Origin: Lama glama | Taxonomy: Eukaryota | Length of the DNA: 64,000 bases | Assembly (NCBI GenBank): GCA_028534125.1 | Contig: CM052832.1 | Location: forward strand, 6,512,001-6,576,000 | Direction: 5' to 3' | In this document: piece by piece, positions 23,114-35,100 of the stretch | Layout of the letters: each line of letters starts with the position of its first letter | Position numbering within the stretch: position 1 is the first letter of the stretch | The notes under the pieces: model-generated | Databases searched by the model: none | Told to the model about the DNA's origin: nothing | Seen by the model: only the letters and a program-made list of their open reading frames with translations | Translations under genes and position numbers: made by a program

Positions 23114-26100
23114 GTATGTGGCCCTAACAGATCGAGTTTGCAGAAGAGATAATGTTTTCTTTTTTATTTTCTTTCATTGGATCCCAAGTGCAATGTTAGA
23201 ACCTGGGGAACCTACCTGCTGCCCACAATTAAATGATCTAGCCGTTTATGAATTGCTCAACTAACAATCAACAACTATGTCTTATGCAAGAGTTTTCGAC
23301 AGGAATAGATTTTTATCAGGAATTACAATGCAGCTTGTAGTTACCTTTTTGGAAGCAGAGTACTAGTTCATCACAGTTTAAAAATCCTAAGTGTATACGT
23401 ATTAACTAAATGCTTGCAATGATTGGGAAGACAGAGGTGTAATACAATTAATTTCAATTTATGGAAACGCTTAATAAATTAGTATACAAATCAGAGTTAA
23501 CACCAGGCCATTGTAAAAATTGCTTGCAAACTTGGTCTTTACAAATATAGTGGGAACTGTATTTTCAGCTGGTGTTATTATTTGATGGTGATGTGATCCA
23601 TTTTCACTGCACACCAAGGGTGTTAGTAACTGTTGTTGCAGTACATGTTTTTGTCTTTAAGATAGCTTTTAAATATGTTTCTTTCCAAAATAGTATATAG
23701 GTTACTGCTAACATTTTTCTTTGTTTCAACCAGTACTTCAATGAGCATTCTTGTGTGAGTGTTCCTGTGTGTGTTTGTATTGTGTAGTTGTACTTTTTGC
23801 ACTTACTTGATTGTTTCATCAGAATAATTTCCTGATAGTTAAATCTTCCAAAGGACATTAAATTGTTTATTGTGTTACCCTTGCAAAAGGATGTAACAAT
23901 CCTTTTTCTTTTCCCTTTTCTTTTCCTTTAAGTATAGAGGATTACCTAGCACCTCATATCTTGGCCCACACTAGGTATCATAATTCTTGTGTTTGATAGA
24001 TGAAAAATATTATCTTTTAAAGAAATACTTCTTTGTCTGCCATAGCCTTCCATAGGCATACAATTTTGATAAATTTTAAGGAATGTTTCTAAAAGCTTGT
24101 CTTAGAAGGTCAAGCAAGGTCACAAAGATTATTCTGTTTTCTTCTAAAAGGTTTATAGTTTTGCATTTTACATTTAGATCTATGATCCACTTAGAGATAA
24201 TTTTTTGTGTGGTGTACATAAAGGGTGAGATTGACTTTTTTCTCCATCTGGATGTCTAATTGTTCCAGTAGCATTTCTTGAAGAACTTTCCTTTCTTCAT
24301 TGAATTGCCTTTGCAGCTTTTCAAAAAACAGCTGACTATACATGTGTAGGTCTATGTCTAGCCTTCTTATCCTATTCCTTTGATTTTGAAACTTACTCCT
24401 TTGTTAGCACTACATTGTATTAAATGGTGTATAGTTTTATATAAGTCTTTAAATAAGGTAGTGAAAGGTCTTTTTTTGTAATTTATGTGGCATTCAAGAT
24501 TATTTGCATTTTAATATACATTTTAGAATTGGCTTATCAATATCTATAATAAAGATTGTTAGAATTATGATTGGAAGTTTGTTAAATCTATAGAAAAATT
24601 GAGGGAGAATTATCTTTTTAGTGATATTAAGTCTTCTTGTCTATGAATGCTATATATCTCTCCCATTTATTTAGCTATATAATTTCTTTCAGAAATATTC
24701 TGTAGTTTGTTTTGATGGGGTCTTGCCTTGTGATTAATTATTTTCTGAAGTATTTTATACTTTTGAGGTTATTGTAGATAAAATTGTTTTCACTTTTGTT
24801 TTCTAGTGGTATCCCTGGCACATAAAAAAAAGTACATTTATTCTTTGTATATTAACTTTGTATCCTGTGACCGTGCTAAATTCATTAGTTCTAGCAGTTA
24901 TTTTGTAGATTTCTTAGGATTTGTATACATGTGTAACATACTCTAAAAAACAGATAAATTTATTTCCTGTTTTCTGATCTTTAAGCCTTTTATTTCTTTT
25001 TCTTGTATAAATACAATCAGTAGGATTTCTAATATATCATTAAACAAAAGTGATAAGGGTAGACAAGTTTGTCTTTTTCCTAACATTAGGGGAAAAGCGT
25101 TCAGTATTTCACAATTAAATTTGTTGTTACCAGTAGATTTTTTGAAGATGCTTAATTTCAGTCCTCATCTTTGATCCATGCTCAGAATTCACAGATGTCA
25201 CAGGGAAATAAAAAGTGATCTATTATCTGTTTACTTCTACACAATTCTTTCCTCTGTGAAGTTTTAATCCATTTAGTTATTGTTTCCCCAGCTCTCTGAT
25301 GCCTTTGAAAATATGATCTTTATAATCTATCCCTCTTTTCCTGGTTGCCAGTGAGATCCTTGGCTTTGGTCTTATGTATTCTATGGTAAAGTATTTTTGG
25401 TGGGTTTCTTCATCTATAAGGAAGTTCTTCCCCCCATTTTTTTTGAATTTTTCCTATAATGCGCAATTTTCTCTTTTTGTTTAACCATAATGAAAGGAGT
25501 TGGGTTGCCTTGGACCAGCTGTCAGCAGGAAGATTTGGTTGGAGGCAGTTGCTTTGCAGGTTTCTATAGGTTTTCTGTCCTCTCTGGCTACAGTGAAAAT
25601 GTCATGCCTCCGCACTTCCATGCCTCCTCTGCTTCCGGGATCTAATCTTCCAGTCTGGAACTGTCACCGCTGCTCTTCTACAGCTGCTGCTACTAAGGGA
25701 TGAAGCCCTTGTCTTCCCAGGTGTTCTCACTTTTAGATAATCGTGCTTTCTGAAACCCTCTGAACACTGTCTGCATCATCTTTTACCGCCTCCCTCAATT
25801 TCCCCTGGCCTGTTCATTTCAGCCCATCTCACAGTGATTCTGACTCTGTGTATTGCCTTCTCCTATCTCCGAGTCTATATTTCTGACCTTTTACTTTGTT
25901 GAACCTGCTGGACGTTCCTTATTCTTTCCTACATATGCTTGCAGCGTCCACTGTCAGGTCTGCCGGTGTCAGGTGCTGGGGGCCGCACTTTTGTAGTGGG
26001 TTAAATATTTTCTTACTGTTTAGCTGAGTACATTTGTTGCATTCTCCTTGTGGCTCTGTGTGATTTCCCGGAAAGATACAGAACAATTCAGAAAGAAGTA

Positions 26101-29100
26101 GCCACACTGTCACTACCAAAATTGGAAGTCTGTTTTCTTCTTTTAAAAAAAATAGTTTTTTTTTTCCGAGTAGGTTTATATTATAAAGGCATAAACATGT
26201 GCACAATGAAAAGTTCTCCTCTCATCTCTGTCCTCCGGCTGCTGAGTTTTCCTGTTTCCATTCTCCCGTGTCACTTTCAGAGGCAGTCTATGAATTAGGG
26301 ATGTTTGCTTCTGAAACGATGGCATAGTTGTACTTTTTCCTATTCTTCCCACTAAGTACAGGTAAATAATATCTGGACATTATATATGTATAGGACAAAC
26401 ATAAAAAAAATTCTGAAAGGCAGCGAGAGGAAGGCGGGCAGGACAGTGACCACAGGATGTGAGGAACAATATGGCAGTGGTTCCTTGGGTTTTCTTTCTG
26501 CTTCATGTATCTAGATTGCGGTCTAGAAAAGCCAGCAACCTGGAGATGCAGATGGATACACATTAAAAAATAAAAAAGCCCCAATAAAAGCCTATGCTCT
26601 CTAGGTAAAGGGCCAGGAAAGGAGCAGCCTGGCAACACGGAAAACTTTTAGACACTGACAGCTCCACTCTAGCCAAACAGCATGGAAAAAAATGATGGCC
26701 TCACCTTAGTCTGCAAATGCCGAGTGGAGAACCTGGCCGTAGATCCTTGCCAGGATGTAATAAAGTAACTGTCAGCCGAGGGAGGCTGACGTGGGGTTCT
26801 AGGAGGTGAGCGGCTCAAATGAAAAAAATGCACGAGGAGTTGCCATACCGCTGGACAGACTTCAGCAGGAGACACCATGGGGTTAACACTTTATTGCCAC
26901 AGGGAGGTGCGCGCCTATGATGCACCTGTCCTGCTATTTATCTGTTCTCTGCCAGCACATGTGCAATCTGAGTTTCTTTGTTCATTAGGCTTACAGAATA
27001 TCTCTAGCACATGTGTACTTCTATTTTCTTTGTTCTAAATCTTATATAATTGACCCATGCATGGAGCAATTATTTACTGCATACTATAAACATGCTATGA
27101 TCGTGGCCTTGGGTCCCACAGCCTTAGCTCATCTCAAGGCCAGCTCACAGTAACCCCCCCACTTCCTAGCTGGGCTGGTGTCAGGGGAGGCCTGGAAGAG
27201 GGTTAGTGCCTTCAGCACCGCTCAGCAGTAATGAGCCGGTTCCTACGTCAGGGGCCTGGACTTCACCAGCACCAGCGGCAGCAAGGAGCCCTCTCCCACG
27301 CACTGAGGTGCTCACCCACAGGCCCCAGAGGATGCAGGGCTCTCACCACCACTCGGCAAGAAAGATGCTACTCCCTCACCCCTAAACCAGTGGAGGTCAT
27401 GCGGGAACAGTAGTGAGGAGCCCCTCCTTCTCCCAGCCACAGAGGCATAAGAAAAACCTAGTAGGGAGACTTACCATTTACTCCCAACCAGTGATAACAA
27501 GGAGTCATTCTGTCTCCACATGTAAATGGAAGCTGAGTGAAGAAACTAAATTTCTGCCCGCTACCTGCTAATTATGAGGTGGCACCCTCCTTCCCACAGC
27601 AGAATAATGTCACAGGAGGCTTAGAAAAACAGATGGTTTAAATAAGATTCAGAATGTCAAAACATAATATTCAAAATGACCAGATCTCAATGGAAAATCT
27701 CTCCTCTTACCAAGAACCAGGAAGTTCTCAACTCGAATAAGAAAAGATGATCAACAGGTGACACAGATGCTAGAATTATCTGCCAAGGAGCTAAGGGCAG
27801 CCATAATAAAAATCCTTCGACAAGCAATTATAAACACACTTGGAAGAAACTTTTTTTAAAAAAGTCTCAGCAAAGAAATAGCACACATGAAGTAAAAACA
27901 AATGGAAATTTTGGAACTGAAAAAATACAATAACTGAAAAAAGAAAAAAAACACTCTATCGGTACAGTGGAGAAGAAAGAAAAAAGAATCAATGAATCCA
28001 AGATAGATCAATACAAATTACCCAATATGAACAAGATAGACTAGAACAAGAGAAGATAGACTGAAAGAAAAAATAAACAGAGCATCAGGGACTGAAAAAC
28101 TGTAACAAAAGGCCTAATGTTCATGTCATCAGAGCCCCAGAAAGAGATTATGTATATAGATGTGAAGTTTCTTAACAAAATATCAGCAAATAAAATCCAG
28201 TAATATATTAAAGGACTTGTACCCCATGACCAGGTGGGGTCTGTTCCAAGGATTCAAGGCTGAGTAAGCCACCATGTTAACAGGCTAAGAGGAAGAAGCA
28301 TGTGATTGTACTAGTTGATGCAGAAAAAGCATTTCACAGATTTCAACACCCATTCATGATTAAAAAAAAAAAACTCAGAAAATTAGTAAGAGAGGATAAC
28401 TTCACCTTGAGAAAGAACACCTACAAAAATCCTACAGCTAATAGCAATCTTAATGGTGAAAGACAAAATGCTTCATCTCTGGTTGGGAACAAGCAAGGAT
28501 GTCTGTTGTCACTGCTCTTCCTCCCCACAGTGCTGCAAGTTCTACCGAGTGCAATAAAGCAAGAAAAAGAAATGAGACATACAGAAAGGAAGAAATGTCT
28601 GGTCTGCAGATGATGTGACTGTCTACTTAGAAAATCCAAAGGAATCTATAAAATAATCTCCTGGATATAAATGAGTTTTGCAGGATCTTAGGGTACAAAG
28701 CCAACAACTGTATTGCTCCAGGCTAACCATGAACATGTGGGAGAGGTAATTAAAAATGCAGTACCATTTACAATGTCAAAAAAGCTTAATGAAAAATACA
28801 TAAGCACCATACTGTGTGTACTTGCCTTTACTTTGTAACACTCACAGTGCTGACACCATACAGAAAGGAGAACAAAGGGAAAGCCAGTAAGACAGAGAAC
28901 CATTGTTACAGAATTCATAACACTGCACAGGATCATTTGCACGGTGTAGTCTTTTCACAGTAAGTTACTTTCAGCAGCGGTTCAATGTTTGACCTTGGCT
29001 GTTCTGCACTGTGGCCCGAGTGCCTCTGCATGTCACAAAAGGCCACTCTCCTAGTGGACAGTTAATAACTCTCATTTGAACAAAACTTCAGCAAACAATG

Positions 29101-32100
29101 AACATTACTCATCTTCATCTAAGTGTTAATTAACAAACAATTGTAGGTAAGGCATGTTGGGAAGCAAGGTAGATGTCTGGATGTACTAATGGAAGAAATT
29201 AAGACTTTACCACCTGGGGGCTCCATGATCACTGGTCCCACAGTTGCACAGGAATGACCACGTGCCATTTCACACAGGTCTAGAAATGACTGTCATACTG
29301 AAGTACTTAGAGCATAAATGATATTTTGAGATATTTATAATAGCTGTAATGGAATATTAAAAGTATGAGTGGTGGGTCAAAGAATATACATGTTGGATGT
29401 GGTGTGGGAAAGTCAGTGTGGCCACAAGAGGAAGCGAGAATGAGGCCTGGAAGGAAGAAGATTATTATATTCACAGGTCCAAGACGGAGGTCACCGCATG
29501 CCAGTCAGGGCCGTGCGGGGAGGCATCCTGTCGGTCAGGAGGCAGGAGATGGAAACAGGAGAAAGCCAGGCCAGAGCCTTTATTTGGCCTCCTCCGGGAA
29601 GGCAAGGCCGGCCAGGTTACCCAATTTAGGATTGATGAGTTTGAATAATTTCCGAGGGCTTTGGGCTATCGGGGAGGTCTCTGGGTGCCTGGTGCTCAGC
29701 CCTGGGATGATTTAGGGCAGGGGAGATGTTGGCTCGGTGGATGAGAGTTAGATGAGGAGTTAGTTGGGGGTGTAGACTCAAGACTGGTTGGTTTCCATAG
29801 GAAAGGCATGCTCCTGGTTGGCTGAGCCCTCTGCTCTCTCGGAGACTCGGCTGGTCCCAGGAGGGCCGTCTCTACCCAGCAGTGAGGCCACCAAAGCCAA
29901 GCATCAAGAATAAGAAAATAGAGCTAATATAGTTGGCCGTACGATCACTGGATGCCAAATAGACACCAAATCTAAGCAAGTACAATTGGAACGGTCGGTT
30001 CTTTTGCAGACAGAGTCGTGGGTAAGACTGGTTTGTTGCCTCCATTCGTAATTGAAGAAAATGGTAAATTATAATTAGAAGTCAGTGAAAATGATGAGGT
30101 CCGCAGGAAAGTCGTGGACTCCCTGAAACCAAACCCTGCACTAGAGGTTTGTAGACTCGTGGCAGTGATGTGCTAGAAAACTGACAGTGCAGGAGGGAGA
30201 AGGCGCACATGCACAGCAGAGAGAGCGTGGCATCCACGACGCCCATGAAGGGGTGTGGGCCCCTCACGGGGGCAGGACCGCCGTCTGTGTCACCCGAGGG
30301 GACGCGTGGGGAGTGGGTACAAGTGGGTGCACATCTCTGTAAGACCTGGTGATGAGAAGCTGGGATGCCCGCAGAGCAGGCACGCACCCTCAGAGGGCAG
30401 AGGGGTGGGCCCAGTATTCAGGCGAAAGAGTCATTTTGGAAAGCGAGGAAGCGAACGCATTAGAGAATTTTGGGGGACTGCAGGACGTGGTTGAGTGACC
30501 ACAGCTTCGTGGCAAAATCAGTCAGCAGTTTACATCTTCTTCTTGAACAAAGTTGAGCTGTGGGTTGTTTATAACCTTACTGATACCTTGAAAACAGTGT
30601 TCAAATACCACTGTGTTTGATACCATTTCTAATAATTATTTCTAATTATTACTTCCTACCACCAGAAAGGAAGTTGCAAGCTAATAATAACATGATCCAA
30701 AGGAAGGTTAAGAACTTTGACAGAATAAATGAGGATTTATATTATTTAGATTTTGCATAACCATTCAAAATTAATGACTAATTACCATATATAATCATAG
30801 TTGTTTTTATCTTGACTATAACTTCAGTATTGGGGTTCTTGAGGAACACAGTCTTAAACACAACTCAGGGCCCAGTAAAGTATTTATTTGAAATGCTTAT
30901 TTACATGATCTGTATTGATGTGTTTTCTTTCAGTATGGACCAATATTTACAGTCTGTGCTGTGGGCACCCGAATGACCTTTGTTACTGAAGAAGAGGGAA
31001 TTAACGTGTTTCTGAAATCCAAAGAAGTAAATTTTGAACTAGCAGTGCAAGAGCCCATCTACCGTACAGGTAAACAACATTTGCAGGTCTCTCATTTGAA
31101 ATTCAACATCAAAATCCAAGCACATCTTCAGGCAACGACCACATCTTCACTCCTCTGTCAAGAATGATGCTGGCCCATTCTTTTATTATTAGGGTAGGGA
31201 TAGAAGGAGAAAAGAGTATGTGATGAGTTTGGTCCCTGAAAAACAAGTTATTGGCAGCCTCAGACATTTGGATCTCAGTTAGACACGTGTTAGAGATGAG
31301 GTCACCTCACGGAAGTTCCCTTTGGGAAGTGTTGGAATCTGTATCCTGTTGAATATTTGGAATCTGTATCCAACTCCCAAGATGTCACCAGGTCTGTTCT
31401 GCTGTGTACACAGCTCTGGGCTTGGCCACATGTTGCTCCTCTGCTCCCTGAACACTGAATTGCACTGTTAAGTAAGCCCCCTGACCGTGGCACTTCCTGA
31501 CAAGTCCATAGGGCTGGTAAGGTCAGTGGGGTTTGGCTTCATGTAATTGGTGCCCCTCCACTCCCCATCCTCCGGGACTGCTGGGCGGTACTCGTCAGCG
31601 CGCTTCCAGGGCGACCGTCCGCCTTTATTTCTTCCCCAGCTGCAAACACGCGTGCCAAGGCCGTCTGCCCTCCCAAGAACGCGGAGCTGGCTCATCTTGT
31701 GCCAGGTTCTCTTCTCTGCCTTCACAGAGTGCTTGCCTCCGCCGTCGTGGCTTCTTTCTCTTTGTTTCCCTCTCTGCTTCTTCCTTGGGTTCATTTTCGT
31801 ATAGCTTCTTGTGCATTTCTTGCTGTTGAGACAAGAAAGTTTGTTTGCACGGCTGTCAGTGATCCATAGCATGATTACTATTTCTCGTTGCCTGCGTGAA
31901 AAAAAATCACAGCCTGAGGGCTACGTTTTTGGACTATTTAGTGCTTCTTGGTATTTAGACTGTGGAATTCCAGGTCAAAGAAGCATAAATATTTTGAAGG
32001 CTCTTGATCTGTAACTTGACATGTTTCTTCAGAAAAATATGCCAACTTAGCTATCAGAGATGTAAGTAAGTGATCAAGTTTTTTCACCTCTGCCTCCCCT

Positions 32101-35100
32101 GGGGATTTTGTGCTTAAATATTTCTACTTAACAGATGAAATATGTTAATGTTAACTCTTTTTTAACATTTTTTATTGATTTATAATCATTTTAAAATGTT
32201 GTGTCAAATTCCAGTGTAGAGCACAATTTTTCAGTTATACATGAACATATATATATTCATTGTCACATTTTTTTCTCTGTGAGCTACCATAAGATCTTGT
32301 ATATATTTCCCTGTGCTATACAGTATAATCTTGCTTATCCATTCTACAATTTTGACTCTCGAGCCAGCTCTCCATTCCTCTCATATTGTCCCCTACCATA
32401 CAGAAGATGTGTACTCAGGAAATGTAAAAATTATTCTGAGTTAACTTACACAGAATGTAACCTACACATAGTAGGATGATGAATGTATGTTTTGTAAACC
32501 TCCTATTGAAGACAATACAATAGGATTAAAGAAAAAATACAAAGAATAATGAATTTAAGGACTCAGACTGTTAGCTCCTGAAAGGAGCACAGACACTAAT
32601 AGAGAGGATACAGTGGCGCCAAAGTTACTCCTGGGGTTGGGAGATGCCTGCTGGTGGAAGTGATATTCACAGAGACACATGAAGGAGAAAAGAAATTAAC
32701 AGGAGAAATGTGTGGCTTGTAGGTGTGGGGGTCCGGGGCGGGGATGGGATGAGGTTGGTCAAGTAGAAATGTTCTGAGCGGATAGAATGGCTCCTGAAGA
32801 TGGTGAGATGTGTAAAAAAGAGCAAGTGTTTTCAATATACCTGCAATATATATTTGGAGGCAGAAGGGGCTGGAAATATTGGAGAGACAGAGAGATGGTA
32901 GAAGGCTTGTAAACGTTGTTAAAGATAGGAAGCCAAGGAAAAATTTTAAACATGGAAACAGAGTCACTAGCTTTGTGTTTCCCAGAGGCCTTCTTAATCA
33001 CCCACCCTTAAAGTGACCTACTCTGTAGGCTTTCTCTGTCTCACAGTCTGTGTTGAATCCTCACCCACCTTTATTTGCAGGAGGTGATTTGATGTCCTGG
33101 GTGAACTCTGACTGTAGCCCCTGCTGACCATTGAATAGTGGAGGTATATGGATTGTTTGCTTCAAGGAGTTGTTGCTTCTTTTGAAAATCGTTTTCTCTG
33201 TCTACAGCATCAATTCCAAAGAATATCTTTTTAAAACTGCATGAAAAACTTTATGTCATGCTGAAAGGAAAATTGGGGACTTTCAGCTTGTATCAATTCA
33301 CTGGACAACTGACTGAAGAATTACATGGACAACTGAAGGATTTAGGCACTCATGGGACCAGGGACCTGAACAGCCTAGTCAGGTAAATTGATGCCTTATT
33401 ATTTAACCTTGAGGTTTTTTGTTTTGAATAAAAGAACTTAATGCCTATACGTTGGACTTCAAAAATTATCTGGTAGATAAGTGAAGTCTACCTAACTAGG
33501 CAGTTAAAATTATATTAGTCTCTTAAATTCTAATTAATGGGCAATTTTCAGTGCACACTTCAATTTTAAGGTGAGCAAATAAGCCAATAAAATCATTTGA
33601 ACACATCTACAATAATTTCTCCCTCGTCGTCCCGTACAGTTTTGTACTCCCTACGTGGATTTCCCTCTTATAATTGCCATGCATCCATCAGAATTTTGAT
33701 AAAACATTGAATTTGTGATTATTAGAAGAGGACATGTAGAAGACAGGGAAGAGGACAGAATCAGAAAGTAGATGGCCAGGGTCCAGGAGATGTTTGTGAG
33801 ACTCGACAAGGTGGCTGGCGGGAAGTCACCATGGACTTCAGGGCTGAGCCCAGCATCCTTTGAGCAGGGAGGTGCTAAGAGGCAGGTGAGCCAGGCAAGG
33901 ACAGTGGAGAGAGCCAAGTAGCCCTCAGCCGTGTTCTGGGGCTTTCCTGGACACACACCTCGGGAGATTTGGTGAATTGAACTCACCAGTGAGGCACTTT
34001 TCCATCTCAGTGGGATATGGGGATGCTGGAGGCAAGAATCAACGGTTCAGACTCATAAAACACAACAATATTTAATATTTTGTTAGAAGTCCAGAAAGAG
34101 AGAGAGAAAAAAACAAAAATAAGGACAAAAACAAGCAACCAACCAAACTTTCAGCCTGCCTCATGTCTACAGCAAAACAAAGCACATTCTTGAATAACTT
34201 TGAAACCTTGGGGAAGGGAGATCCTAAGAAATTTCTGTAAGGAAGAGATGGTAAATAAAAATGGACTAAACAGTACTTAGTGTTACTAATCTAGGGCATA
34301 TTAACAGTCTCTGATGCTCTCCTACATAAGCATAGCACAGTGAGCATCTTACTCACTCGCAGGGACAATTATTAATGATAGATACTGTATTTCAGTGGGC
34401 AATGGTTCAGATGTGTAGGAGCCTGTGAGATATTAGGAATTTGCTGACATTGCCCTTGATTCTTTGGGTATTTTTTTTTTTTTTTGCTGCTTTCTAAAGA
34501 GATGGGTTGTATCTTAGTTACTGTTATTATTTGCTAAATAAATGCTTTTTGCGGTTGTATCAAATCAGTCTATTTCTGTGTATCATCTCACGTCTGTCAG
34601 GATCTGACAATGCTTTGCTTGGAAAGCATTTAACAATCTTCAGATACATAAGACCACAATTTCGGTTACGCCCAAGTTACTTTGAGCATAGTAAGCAAAT
34701 ATTAAAACCTCAAAGAATCTGTCACCTATGACTACCTGCCCCTAATACACAGCTATTAAATAATGCCTTCTTTTGCATCCTGCGCCGTTCTTCTTTGGCC
34801 ATCAGCTCTGACATTTTACGTATTTCTGTCTTGGCAGGCAAATCCTTTACCCCGCCACAGTGAATGTGCTCTTTAAAAAAGGCTGGTTTCCCACAGACGA
34901 GAGGAGAATCGGGGAGTTCCATCAGCATTTTCAAGCTTATGACGAAGGTTTCCAGTACGGGTCCCAATTGCCAGAATGTCTCCTAAGGTAGAGAGTTGTT
35001 TCCTGTGTTAATCCCCTGAGCAGGCTCCTCTCAGCAGTTCCCCCATTTCTCTCACTCCCTTGTTCTGAGTAGTGGAAGTGGAAGGGATGGAAGTTCTTTT

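Noticed and set aside
28302..28640. Reverse-transcriptase-like ORF
   Set aside because: Short, frameshifted L1 ORF2 remnant
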